Below, piece by piece: positions 1 through 9,156 of a stretch of 64,000 nucleotides of DNA. The notes beneath the pieces are model-generated. The model was not told the origin of the DNA and searched no databases. It saw only the letters and a list, made by a program, of their open reading frames with translations. The position numbers and the translations under genes are program-made. This DNA comes from Vulcanimicrobiota bacterium (GTDB lineage: Bacteria > Vulcanimicrobiota > Vulcanimicrobiia > Vulcanimicrobiales > Vulcanimicrobiaceae): assembly GCA_963777315.1 (NCBI GenBank), contig CAVZQC010000002.1, positions 256,001 through 320,000 on the forward strand, read 5' to 3'. The stretch's first letter is position 1; the number at the start of each line of letters is the position of its first letter.

Positions 1-675
1 TCGCTGCCAGTCGAGCCGCAATTCTTCCGCAAGGATCCCGATACCGGCAACGTATTCTTCGTCAGTCAAGTGCTGCCCGACGGCAAAACGATGGCCGGCG
101 TACAGATATTCAAACCCGGACGCAACGGCTTTTGGAACCAAACGATTCAAGCCCAGACGGCGCGAGTCGACGGTGCGACGCTGGTGATGACCAATGCCGT
201 CATCACGTATTACAACGGCGAAGGCTACATGACGACGCAGGCAAAGCAGCCCGAGGTGCGCATCGGTCTGCCGCTGGCCGAAAGCGCGGCGCAGTTCATG
301 AGCACCGCCAACAGCGACGCATGGACGATGAATTCCAAACAGCTGTCGGCTCAAGTCAACGCGCTGCGCTCGCAGGGCATCGGCGGCGAAGCGCTGGGCA
401 ATCTCGAGGTCAATCTGGCCGACAAGCTCGCCTTTCCGTTCGCCGCTTTCATCGGCGTGCTCATCGCGCTTCCGATGGCGATCAAGTTCGGCAAGAAAGG
501 GCGAGCCACCGGAATGGCTTTGGCCGTCGTGGCGTTCTTTGTGTATTACGTCATGACCGAAGCGGCATCGGCATTCGGAAGCACGGATCGCCTCAACCCC
601 TACGTTGCGTCGTGGCTGCCGAATATCGTGTTCGGTGTCGCCGGCTTGGTCTTGCTCTGGAGTGAAGAGCACTAA
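1..675 (+). CDS. LptF/LptG family LPS export ABC permease (5' partial)
   Basis: Frame is open from base 1. Periplasmic beta-rich segment followed by KLAFPFAAFIGVLIALP, three C-terminal TM helices and a terminal ASWLPNIVF, typical of LptF/G. Adjacent to an LptD-like gene. Confidence 0.85.
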   Translation, partial: SLPVEPQFFRKDPDTGNVFFVSQVLPDGKTMAGVQIFKPGRNGFWNQTIQAQTARVDGATLVMTNAVITYYNGEGYMTTQAKQPEVRIGLPLAESAAQFMSTANSDAWTMNSKQLSAQVNALRSQGIGGEALGNLEVNLADKLAFPFAAFIGVLIALPMAIKFGKKGRATGMALAVVAFFVYYVMTEAASAFGSTDRLNPYVASWLPNIVFGVAGLVLLWSEEH

Positions 676-676
676 T

Positions 677-3115
677 TTGACCTGCGCGCGCAAAGAACGG
701 CGCGCATGGCGCGCCGCGGCGTGTTTGTTCGCACTGGGCGCAGGCGTGCTTGGACCGCAGCTCTCCGGTGCGCAGACGTTCGACGATCCGCAGTCCCAAC
801 GCGTGCTCAAACTGCTGCACGGTCAAAGCTGCGCCGCCCGCATGCAGCACGTCTACGTCGCGCAGGCCGCTACCGCGCCTGCAACCCCCGTTCCCGGAGC
901 GCAAGGCGGCCCCGGACTGCTGTACGCCACGCCTTTTCCGACCTCGGTGCCGCTCACGCCGCCACCGGTTCCCACGATGACGCCGCTGCCTGCCGGCACG
1001 GCGGGACCGGTGTTCCTGGAGCGCCATACCGGCGCGCCGTCCATCGGTGCCCGTCCCAACGAGAGCCCGTCGCCCTCGCCCACCGGCGTTCCGACCTTGC
1101 GGCCCGGATATGTCGCGGTGCTCGCCGATAAACTGGCCGGCAGCACTAAGCCCGGCGTACCCGGCGATGCCACGGGCAACGTGCACATCTTTTATCAGGA
1201 CGAAGTGCTCGTCGGCGACCGCGCACACTACGACGGCGTGCGAACGATCACCGTCACCGGCAATCCCTACATCATCAACCGCACCAAGGACTCGGTGCTG
1301 TACGGCGACTCGATCACCTTCGACACCGTTGCGCAAAAGGCGTCGCTGTACCACGGGCGCGGAGAGAGCTCGCAAGGCGTCGAACAGGGACTGCTGTATT
1401 TCGGCGCGCGCGACCTGCGAACCGATCAGCACGGCGTGGCGCACGGAAACTTCGCGACGCTGACGACCTGCGAACGCCCGCGTTCGGGCTATCACGTAAC
1501 GGGCCGTTCGATCGACGTCATTCCCGGCGACAAAATCGTCATCTCCAAAGCGGTGCTTTGGCTCGGGGCGGTGGCCGTCTTCTTTCTGCCGCGCGTTATC
1601 ATTCCGCTGCGCAGCGTGAGCGACGACCGGCAGCGCTCGCAGTTTTTTCCCGATTTAGGCTACAACTCGTATCAGGGCTACTACGCGCGTTCGCGCCTGA
1701 GCTTCGGGCACGATCAGTATTATTACGGGTATTACACGATCGAGTTCTACAGCAAGCAGGGCGTGACGCTGGGCTACACCGGTACGATCAACAAAAAGAA
1801 CGGACGGCGTTCGACCAACATCGCGGTCGAGCGCGTTCAGGACCGCATCGCGCAGAACACCAACTACAACTTCGGGCTGCAGGACACCGAGAATTTCTCA
1901 CAAGCGCTGCACGGGCAGCTGCAGTACAGCTACCAGAGCGCGTACGGGCCGTTCACGCAATTCCCGCCCACGCAGGGATTGAGCGCGCAAGTGATCCACA
2001 GCGGACCGACCGAATCGCAAACGTACAACTTCACGCGCCAGTCGACGGGCTCGCAGGCCAGCTCCGACAGCTTCGGCTTTGCCGACACGCGTCAGTTCGG
2101 AACGACGATGCAGAACAGCTTCAGTGCGAACCTGAGCCGCTCGCAGACCGACTACGGTTACGGCACGTTCTTTTCGAATTCGACCGCCAGCGTGAACGAT
2201 CTGCTGCATTGGAGCACGCACGCCGCCGACTACGAGCTGACCTATCAAAAAACGTTTGCGCAGACGCCGTACGGCATCAACAAGGAACCCGAACTGCAGA
2301 TCAGGCCGTACACGTTCCTCTCGCATTTTCTCTTTCCCATTGCGCCCACGCTGACCATCGGCGAGTACAACGAGCCTTCCACGCCGGAAACCACGGCGCG
2401 GGCGGACTTGGCGCTGAACGTGGGACCGGCGCTGTATAAGGTCTTCGGCAGCGATTTCAGCGCCAACGTCAACCTCGAGCAGTTCGCGTACGGAACCGGC
2501 GACCTCAAGGCGAGCATTCAGCAGCAGATGACGCTCACCACGCAGATCGGATCGCATCTCAACAACGTGATCTCGTACAACGCGCAGAGTTACAACGGCC
2601 CTGCAGCGGTGCCGTTCTCCACGATGGACCTGCAGAACAGCGAGAACACGAAGTTCGCAACCGACAGCCTGCGTATCTACAACGGCGACGCGTACAATCT
2701 GGCGCTGAACTTTTCAACCGCGTTCAACGCAATGGCGCAGCCCGTGGCCTATCAACTGACTGCCCGTCCGACCTCGCAGTCGTACGTCGTTCTGACCGGC
2801 GCTTTCAGTCCGGGACCCGGACAGGGCTTCTACTCCACGAATGCCCAGTTCTCGACGCCGTTCGGGCGCAACGCGTGGCTGCAGTTTCAAGGCGACGTCG
2901 ACTGGAAGTCCGGCGCGCGCATCGAGAACAAATCCATTTACTACAGCCGCATCATCGGCGACTGTTACGAGATTCAGCTCAGCTACAACCAGAACGCGCG
3001 CGAGCTCAACGCGACGATCAACCTGCTGGCGTTTCCCTCACACGCGGCCAGCTTCGGCTTGACCAGCCGCGGCTCGATGATCCCCTCGAGCTTCAACGGC
3101 TTCGGCTATCCGTAA
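677..3115 (+). CDS. lptD: LptD-like outer-membrane LPS assembly protein
   Basis: Probable TTG start at 677. Signal peptide, Pro-rich linker, OstA-like N-domain (ATGNVHIFYQD...TTCERPRSGYHV), then a long Tyr/Gln/Ser/Thr-rich beta-barrel with a late DC motif. Confidence 0.7.
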   Translation: MTCARKERRAWRAAACLFALGAGVLGPQLSGAQTFDDPQSQRVLKLLHGQSCAARMQHVYVAQAATAPATPVPGAQGGPGLLYATPFPTSVPLTPPPVPTMTPLPAGTAGPVFLERHTGAPSIGARPNESPSPSPTGVPTLRPGYVAVLADKLAGSTKPGVPGDATGNVHIFYQDEVLVGDRAHYDGVRTITVTGNPYIINRTKDSVLYGDSITFDTVAQKASLYHGRGESSQGVEQGLLYFGARDLRTDQHGVAHGNFATLTTCERPRSGYHVTGRSIDVIPGDKIVISKAVLWLGAVAVFFLPRVIIPLRSVSDDRQRSQFFPDLGYNSYQGYYARSRLSFGHDQYYYGYYTIEFYSKQGVTLGYTGTINKKNGRRSTNIAVERVQDRIAQNTNYNFGLQDTENFSQALHGQLQYSYQSAYGPFTQFPPTQGLSAQVIHSGPTESQTYNFTRQSTGSQASSDSFGFADTRQFGTTMQNSFSANLSRSQTDYGYGTFFSNSTASVNDLLHWSTHAADYELTYQKTFAQTPYGINKEPELQIRPYTFLSHFLFPIAPTLTIGEYNEPSTPETTARADLALNVGPALYKVFGSDFSANVNLEQFAYGTGDLKASIQQQMTLTTQIGSHLNNVISYNAQSYNGPAAVPFSTMDLQNSENTKFATDSLRIYNGDAYNLALNFSTAFNAMAQPVAYQLTARPTSQSYVVLTGAFSPGPGQGFYSTNAQFSTPFGRNAWLQFQGDVDWKSGARIENKSIYYSRIIGDCYEIQLSYNQNARELNATINLLAFPSHAASFGLTSRGSMIPSSFNGFGYP

Positions 3116-3136
3116 ATTCGATACCAAGAACCGCAA

Positions 3137-3298
3137 TCACGGTACGTCACACTGCGGATGACCGCAGTCGCAGGTTTCGGTTTCTATCCCGTTCTCCGCG
3201 GAATTCTTGCAGGCTTGACTGCAGTACTGCTCGGTTTGCATTTCCGCGGTGAGGACGCAGTTGCACTCCTCGTGCGCGCATTCGATCGTCTCGTGCAT
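3137..3298 (-). CDS. Bacterial metallothionein-like protein (53 aa)
   Basis: MHETIECAHEECNCVL...YCSQAC...CDCGHPQC matches the CAHxxCxC...YCSxxC...CxCGHxxC pattern of prokaryotic metallothioneins. Confidence 0.75.
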   Translation of the reverse strand: MHETIECAHEECNCVLTAEMQTEQYCSQACKNSAENGIETETCDCGHPQCDVP

Positions 3299-3315
3299 GA
3301 CGGGCTTTTTCCCGC

Positions 3316-4098
3316 TTACGGGCTGTTCAGCACCTCGCCGCCGACGATTTGGGAAGAGGGGCTCGGCGCGCTCGGCACGACGGGCGGCAGCCCCTGAGTC
3401 CACGGGCTGTCGAACGCGGTCGTCATGTCGTATTGCTGGATGAACGTCGTATCGGTCACGCCGAACGGTCCCGCGGCCGAAATCACTTGCCCGGACGGAT
3501 TGCCGTTGGGCGAGGCGACGAACCAATTGACGAACCACGTCGACGCCGGTCCGTTGATGGGCGAGGAGGTGGGGGCTGCGGAGGCGGTGGCGCCGGCCGT
3601 CGGGGATGCCGACGGAGCCGCGGTCGCGGTGATGCCGTTGAATACATGGCGGTAAATCGTCAGGCAGAACTGCGTTTGCGTCCCGTTGCAGTTGGGATTG
3701 AGCACGATGTCCTGCGGGTTGTACTGAATGCGGTACGGCTGCTTGATCGTGCCGCCGTTGGTGCTCTGGGTGGTCACGAACTGCCAGAGCGCGACCTGAA
3801 CCTGGCTGGCGAAGTTGGGCTGGCCGACGACGATTTCAAACGAGTAATTCAGCCAGTTCTGCTGTTGGCTGCCGTTCTGCGCGTACGGTTCGGTTCCGGT
3901 ACCGCTCGTATTGAAGGCAAGGACGTAGAAGTTGTTGACGAAGTCGAGCGGGCCTTGGGTCGCGAATTTGATCTGCATTTGGCCGGAAACCAGGCCCGCT
4001 TCACCCCCGCCCGGACCGCGATCGGGCGTAACCTGACGACCGCACGAGGCCAGCGTGAGCGCTACGGCACAGACCACAAAAATTAGTTTGCGTAGCAT
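3316..4098 (-). CDS. Lipoprotein of unknown function
   Basis: ATG at 4098 with GGAGG SD. MLRKLIFVVCAVALTLASC lipobox followed by a beta-rich mature part with a PTSA linker. Confidence 0.75.
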   Translation of the reverse strand: MLRKLIFVVCAVALTLASCGRQVTPDRGPGGGEAGLVSGQMQIKFATQGPLDFVNNFYVLAFNTSGTGTEPYAQNGSQQQNWLNYSFEIVVGQPNFASQVQVALWQFVTTQSTNGGTIKQPYRIQYNPQDIVLNPNCNGTQTQFCLTIYRHVFNGITATAAPSASPTAGATASAAPTSSPINGPASTWFVNWFVASPNGNPSGQVISAAGPFGVTDTTFIQQYDMTTAFDSPWTQGLPPVVPSAPSPSSQIVGGEVLNSP

Positions 4099-4108
4099 CG
4101 GCACCTCC

Positions 4109-5677
4109 GTGCGTGCGCTCGAGCTCTTCGCTTCGCTGCTCGGCGCGGTTGCGCTCGCGTTAGCATTCCCCAAAACCGGTCAGGCATGGCTTGCGCCGCT
4201 CGGGGCGGCGGCGCTGTTCTGGGCATGGGGACGCCTCTCCTGGAAACGCGCCTTCTTTGCCGGATGGTTCGCCGGGACGGTTTTTTTCGCGATCAACTTT
4301 TCGTGGTTTACCTATACGGTGGGCAGCTACGTCGGTCCGCTGGCCTTCGCCATCGTGCTGATCCCTGCCGTAGTCGATGCGCTGTCGTTCGCGCTCACGG
4401 CGTTGTGCGCGCAGGCCGCGCTGCGCTGGGCGCCGGCATGGGCGGCTCCGGCGGCAGCCGCCGCTGCGTTCGCGGTCTTGGAATGGCTGCGATCGGTCGG
4501 CGTAACCGGTATTCCGTTCGCGCAGATCGGCTACACTCAAACCGATACGCCGCTGGCAGTCTTTGCCGCGTACGCCGGATGTTACGGCGTCACGTTCGTC
4601 GTCATGCTGCTCGGCGCGTATGCCGCGCAGGCGCTCGAGCGGCGCGTCGCAGGTACCTTCGCGGTGGTCGTTGCGGCGATTGCCCTCGCATGGACGGGAT
4701 GCTTTTTCGCCTGGCCCGCGCGCCACGCCGCCGCACCGGACATGCGCGTCGCCGCCGTGCAGGGCAATATTTCGCAATCGATCAAGTGGGATCCGCAGAC
4801 GCTGCCGCATAGCGTTGCGCGCTATACGTCGTTGACCAAAACGCTCGCGGCACTGCATCCCCAGCTCGTGGTTTGGCCCGAAACCGTGATCACCGCCGAC
4901 TTGGACGATGCGCCGTTCTATTGGGATTGGAACGCGGCAACCCCGCAGCAGCGCGCACAGCTGCATGCGCTGCTGGCCACCGACGGCAGCTTGCGCGCCC
5001 GGTTCGGCCGGCTGGCGAAATCGTTGAACGCGACGCTCTCCGTGGGGAGTTTGGATCGCCACTGGGCAAGCGAAGGCCTCAAAGAGTACAACGCGCTCTA
5101 CACCTACGGACCGCAGGGATATTTGATCGACATCTACGACAAGCGTCAGCTCGTGCCGTTCGCCGAATCGCTTCCTGCGCCGGCCCTGTTCGCATGGCTG
5201 CCGTATGCCGGCCTCATCGGCCGCTTCGGGCACGGCACTACCGACACGGTGATTCCCGCAGGCGGGATGCTGTTTGCGCCGCTGATCTGCTGGGAATCCG
5301 CGTTCGCCGATTTGGTCCACGCGCAGATCCGCAACGGCGCGCAGTTTTTAGTGATCCCGACCGACGACGCGTGGTTCGGCCCCAGCTCGGGAACGTATCA
5401 GCATGCGCAGATCGCGCAAATGCGAGCGATCGAGTCCGGTGAGTGGGTAGTTCAAGCGGCGTCTACGGGAATCAGCGGCATCGTCGCTCCGAACGGCGCG
5501 TGGACGCAACGCACCGATTTGAATCGCGAGGCGGTCGTGTTCGGACGAATCGGCATGCCGCCGGGATCGGTGTTTGCCCGAATCGGACCCAATCCCGTCA
5601 TCTATGCACTCGCGGCGGTGTACGCGGCGATCCTCTGTTTTGGGTTCGCTCGCAAACGCGGACGTGAAAGCGTTTAA
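4109..5677 (+). CDS. lnt: Apolipoprotein N-acyltransferase
   Basis: N-terminal TM helices plus a nitrilase domain with VQGNI, WPET, YDKRQLVPFAE and LICWES (E-K-C triad), plus DAWFG and QHAQIA. Start position uncertain. Confidence 0.93.
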   Translation: MRALELFASLLGAVALALAFPKTGQAWLAPLGAAALFWAWGRLSWKRAFFAGWFAGTVFFAINFSWFTYTVGSYVGPLAFAIVLIPAVVDALSFALTALCAQAALRWAPAWAAPAAAAAAFAVLEWLRSVGVTGIPFAQIGYTQTDTPLAVFAAYAGCYGVTFVVMLLGAYAAQALERRVAGTFAVVVAAIALAWTGCFFAWPARHAAAPDMRVAAVQGNISQSIKWDPQTLPHSVARYTSLTKTLAALHPQLVVWPETVITADLDDAPFYWDWNAATPQQRAQLHALLATDGSLRARFGRLAKSLNATLSVGSLDRHWASEGLKEYNALYTYGPQGYLIDIYDKRQLVPFAESLPAPALFAWLPYAGLIGRFGHGTTDTVIPAGGMLFAPLICWESAFADLVHAQIRNGAQFLVIPTDDAWFGPSSGTYQHAQIAQMRAIESGEWVVQAASTGISGIVAPNGAWTQRTDLNREAVVFGRIGMPPGSVFARIGPNPVIYALAAVYAAILCFGFARKRGRESV

Positions 5678-6227
5678 CGTTCGCGCCGTTGCGCTGATTG
5701 CGGGCGCGATCCTGGTGATCTGGTTCGTCGTCGGGATAATTCTAGCCGGCCGCGAGAGTGCGCCGCTGCCTCCGGGAACGCAGCCCATCACGCTTCGCGG
5801 CGGCCGCGTGAACGGCAACCGCTTCAGCACGCATTCCTGGACCTTCGAATACCAGCGCGCGCAAATGTCGCCGGACGGAACGTTTGCTACAGTCGACGGC
5901 GTGCGCAACGGCATACTCTACAAAAAGGGAAAGCCGTATTTGAGCATTGCGGCCGAGCACGCTTCCATCAACACGCAGACGCTGGATTTCACTGCGATGG
6001 GTCAAGTCCACATCGCGGCACTGGACTCCAAGGACGGCGTGCGCAGATCGTTCGATACGGATCTGGTGCAGTGGACCAATGCGACCAAAATTCTCTCGCT
6101 CTCGCATCAGTCGCTGCTGCGCACGGGCGACGAAACGCTGCGGGTCGCGTCGATCACGGTCAACTTCAACACGAGCGACATTCACCTTGGCCGAGTGGAA
6201 GGCGCCGTACAGGCTCCGGGGCCGTGA
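5664..6227 (+). CDS. LptC-like membrane-anchored beta-jellyroll protein
   Basis: GTG start overlapping lnt. One N-terminal TM followed by a beta-strand-rich periplasmic domain (...FDTDLVQWTN...), in an lpt-rich neighbourhood. Confidence 0.55.
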   Translation: MKAFNVRAVALIAGAILVIWFVVGIILAGRESAPLPPGTQPITLRGGRVNGNRFSTHSWTFEYQRAQMSPDGTFATVDGVRNGILYKKGKPYLSIAAEHASINTQTLDFTAMGQVHIAALDSKDGVRRSFDTDLVQWTNATKILSLSHQSLLRTGDETLRVASITVNFNTSDIHLGRVEGAVQAPGP

Positions 6228-6748
6228 TCGAACTCGTCCAAAGCGACATCACGCTGCTGCACGCGGATGCCATCGTCAACGCTGCCAACGAGCAGCTTGC
6301 CGGGGGCGCCGGCGTGGACGGCGCGATCCATCGCGCGGGCGGCCGTGCGATTATGGAGCAGTGCCGCGCGATCGGCTCGTGCCCTACCGGGAGCGCCGTC
6401 ATCACCGGCGCGGGCGATTTGCACGCGCGGTACGTCATTCACGCCGTCGCGCCGATCTACCGCGGAATGGAAACGGATGCGCAATTGCTGGCAAGCGCGT
6501 ATCGGCGCGCGCTTGCGCTGGCCGACGAACACGCGCTGCGCAGCATCGCGTTTCCTTCGCTGGGCACCGGCGCGTACGGTTATCCAATCGAGCAGGCCGC
6601 GCGCATTGCGCTTGCGACGGTAATGGATCACCTCACGCGGAGCGATACGGCGATGCGTAGGGCGATCTTTGCGCTGTTCAGCGCGCGGGATTTTTCAGTG
6701 TACGATCGGACGCTGCGCTCGTTGCAGCGCCCCAGGCCGGCGAGCTAG
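6224..6748 (+). CDS. Macro-domain O-acetyl-ADP-ribose deacetylase (YmdB family)
   Basis: DIT, DAIVNAAN, GGAGVDGAIHRAGG, VIHAV and SIAFPSLGTGAYGYP motifs. GTGA overlap with the upstream gene. Confidence 0.92.
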   Translation: MIELVQSDITLLHADAIVNAANEQLAGGAGVDGAIHRAGGRAIMEQCRAIGSCPTGSAVITGAGDLHARYVIHAVAPIYRGMETDAQLLASAYRRALALADEHALRSIAFPSLGTGAYGYPIEQAARIALATVMDHLTRSDTAMRRAIFALFSARDFSVYDRTLRSLQRPRPAS

Positions 6749-7083
6749 GACTCCTCGCCCTTTTCGGGCTCGGTCCCGAGCTGCTTTTTCGCTTCGGCAA
6801 TCAGCTTTTTGACCTTCTGACCGCCCTTGTGGCCGATCTCTTCATAAAAATCGGCGCCGTATTTTTCCTTGACGACCTTGCCGCCTTTTTGGCCGATGGA
6901 TTCGTAAAACTCGACACCGTGCCGCTGGCGGGTCGCTTGGCCCCCTTTGCGGCCGATCTCCTCGTAAAAACCAGAGCCGTAACGGTCCCGAACGGTGTTG
7001 CCGCCCTTCTTGCCGGCCTCGCGCACGGACATCTCGCCACCCGGCTGCTTGTCGTCAGACTCGCCTTTGGTGGGTTTTGCCAT
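6745..7083 (-). CDS. KGG-repeat general stress protein (GsiB/Em-like)
   Basis: MSVREAGKKGG followed by three FYEEIGxKGG-type 20-aa repeats. Confidence 0.88.
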   Translation of the reverse strand: MAKPTKGESDDKQPGGEMSVREAGKKGGNTVRDRYGSGFYEEIGRKGGQATRQRHGVEFYESIGQKGGKVVKEKYGADFYEEIGHKGGQKVKKLIAEAKKQLGTEPEKGEES

Positions 7084-7115
7084 TGGTTACCCCGGTGGGA
7101 AAGAAAAAGAGGAGT

Positions 7116-7334
7116 TTAGGACGTCTTGCGTTTGAGCTTCTGTCCGCCCTTTTGACCGATCACCTCATAGAACGAGGGGCCGTACTTTTCCTTGGTCGCT
7201 TCCCCACCCTTGCGGCCAATGGCCTCGTAGAACTCGGTACCATACTTGGCCTTCACGCGTTCACCGCCACGCTTGCCTGCTTCGCGAACGGTCATGCCGC
7301 CTCCGGGCCCCTGCGTTTGTTCTTGCATTGCCAT
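7116..7334 (-). CDS. KGG-repeat general stress protein (GsiB/Em-like)
   Basis: MTVREAGKRGG, FYEAIGRKGG and FYEVIGQKGG repeats. GAGGTG SD upstream. Confidence 0.88.
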   Translation of the reverse strand: MAMQEQTQGPGGGMTVREAGKRGGERVKAKYGTEFYEAIGRKGGEATKEKYGPSFYEVIGQKGGQKLKRKTS

Positions 7335-7375
7335 ACTGGATTCGCACCTCGAAGTGAGAAAGTTTCAGGGAGTAA

Positions 7376-7400
7376 ATACCCACTCGACCGCCTGTTAAAC
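7376..7400 (-). promoter_or_regulatory. SigB/SigF-type general stress promoter
   Basis: Minus strand reads GTTTAA-N13-GGGTAT, an exact match to the Bacillus sigma-B consensus, directly upstream of GsiB-like genes. Confidence 0.75.
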
Positions 7401-7426
7401 GAAGCAGCAGACAGGACTATCGCTCG

Positions 7427-9007
7427 ATGATATCGACGGTGCTCGAAAACGCAACGATAATCGACGGCACTGGTCGATTACCTTATACCACCGATGTCGG
7501 AATTTTCAACGATCGCATCGCATTGATAGGCGATTTGCGCGATCGCGACGCGATTGCGCGAATCGACTGCACCGCAAAGACGCTCGCGCCCGGCTTCATC
7601 GACGTACATTCGCATTCGGACGAATCGTGGCTGGCGCTTCCGCGCTGCGACGGCAAGATCGCGCAGGGCGTAACGACGGAAATCGGCGGCAACTGCGGCA
7701 TGTCGGTTGCGCCGCTGCACGGACCCGGCCTGCAGCGCGTGCAGCGCAGCGCGCAACTGCTCGGCATCGACGTCGCCTGGCGTACGTTGGACGAATTTTT
7801 CTCGCTGGTCGAACGCAGCGGCGTGGCTCTCAACGTCGCAACGCTCGTGGGGCTGGGTACGACGCGCCAAACGATCGCGGATGATTCCGAGCGGCGTTTG
7901 GAAGCCGGCGAGATCGAGGCGCAGGCTCAGACCGTGCGCGAGGCGTGCGAACAAGGCGCCTTGGGCGTATCCAGCGGTCTAATCTATCCTCCTTCGATGT
8001 ACGCCGATCGACGCGAATTGACGGCAATGGCGGCGGCGGCGCGCCATGCCGGAGCGCCGCGATATGCCTCGCACGTCCGCAACGAGGGCGACGAGCTGGT
8101 GACGGCGATCGAAGAAGCGCTCGAAGTGGGGCGGATTGCGGACGTCATCGTGCAGTGCTCGCATCACAAGGCCGCCGGCAAGAACAACTGGGGTAAGGTG
8201 CACCGCACGCTTGAAATGATCGACGCCGCGCGGGCGAGTGGACTGCATGCGTTCTGCGACGTGTATCCTTACGTCGCCAGTTGGACGGAGCTGGCAACGA
8301 TTTTACCGGCGCAAAGCCGTTTCGGCGGCGTGCAGGCGACGCTCGACCGGCTCGCGGATCCGCAACAGTCGAGCTCTCTGGCGCTCTACCTGGATCTCAA
8401 ACACGGGCACGCATGGGGCGACATGCTGATCACCGACGTTGCTTCGGATAAAAACGGCGAACTGGCGGGCATGCTCGTAAGCCAAATTGCGCGCATGTGG
8501 GCAATGACGCCGGCGCGCGCCGCCATTCGGCTTCTGCTCGAAGAAGGGTTGCAAGTCGGAGCCGTTTTTTTCACGATGAACGAGGACGACGTCGCAGCGG
8601 TGCTGTCGGCGGATTTCTGTTGCGTCGGCAGCGATGCGTCGATTCGCGCCTTGAACGGACCGACCGCGCGCGGCGTTCCGCACCCGCGAACGTTCGGTAC
8701 GTTTCCACGCGTGTTCGGACGATTCGTGCGCGGCCGCGGCACGCTCGACATCGTCCAGGCCGTTCATCGCATGACCGGTCTGCCGGCCGCGATTTTCGGC
8801 CTAGCGAATCGGGGCGCCATCGCGGTAGGGCATTTCGCCGACGTGGTCGTGTTCGACGCGGCGGGCATCCGGGATACGGCTACTTACGAACGCCCGTACA
8901 GCTTTCCGGACGGCGTCGATCACGTGTTCGTAAACGGGCGGCCCGTACTGCTGCGCGGGCAGTTTACGGCCGAACGCCCGGGACGCGTGTTGCGCGGGGG
9001 CCGCTGA
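7427..9007 (+). CDS. D-aminoacylase / N-acyl-D-amino-acid deacylase (amidohydrolase)
   Basis: IIDGTG, APGFIDVHSHSD, QGVTTEIGGNCG, HVRNE, SHHK, GSD, HPRTFGTFPR and ADVVVFD motifs. Confidence 0.92.
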   Translation: MISTVLENATIIDGTGRLPYTTDVGIFNDRIALIGDLRDRDAIARIDCTAKTLAPGFIDVHSHSDESWLALPRCDGKIAQGVTTEIGGNCGMSVAPLHGPGLQRVQRSAQLLGIDVAWRTLDEFFSLVERSGVALNVATLVGLGTTRQTIADDSERRLEAGEIEAQAQTVREACEQGALGVSSGLIYPPSMYADRRELTAMAAAARHAGAPRYASHVRNEGDELVTAIEEALEVGRIADVIVQCSHHKAAGKNNWGKVHRTLEMIDAARASGLHAFCDVYPYVASWTELATILPAQSRFGGVQATLDRLADPQQSSSLALYLDLKHGHAWGDMLITDVASDKNGELAGMLVSQIARMWAMTPARAAIRLLLEEGLQVGAVFFTMNEDDVAAVLSADFCCVGSDASIRALNGPTARGVPHPRTFGTFPRVFGRFVRGRGTLDIVQAVHRMTGLPAAIFGLANRGAIAVGHFADVVVFDAAGIRDTATYERPYSFPDGVDHVFVNGRPVLLRGQFTAERPGRVLRGGR

Positions 9008-9061
9008 CGCACAAGCCGGGCGAGCGCGTTTGGCTCGCGCCGGATGGTGGCATAATGGCAG

Positions 9062-9133
9062 CGTCAAGTAAAGCTAGAGGAGTAGTCCATTGGCGTAGCT
9101 TGAAAAGGGGCCGGTGCTTCACCGGGCCCCTTT
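9062..9133 (+). ncRNA. Candidate small RNA (~70 nt)
   Basis: Extended -10 TG-G-CATAAT at 9048-9056. Stem AAGCTA(9071-76)/TAGCTT(9096-9101) enclosing GAGGAGTAGTCC, followed by a terminator. Confidence 0.35.
9103..9133. terminator. Intrinsic terminator, probably bidirectional
   Basis: AAAAGGGGCCGGTG-CTT-CACCGGGCCCCTTT hairpin with an A tract on one side and a T tract on the other, between convergent genes. Confidence 0.75.
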
Positions 9134-9156
9134 GCTGTTTGCCGCGTTCGGCGCAG

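Noticed and set aside
9071..9101. yybP-ykoY riboswitch (GGAGTAG resemblance)
   Set aside because: Too short, lacks the rest of the multi-helix junction, and no same-strand gene lies downstream.
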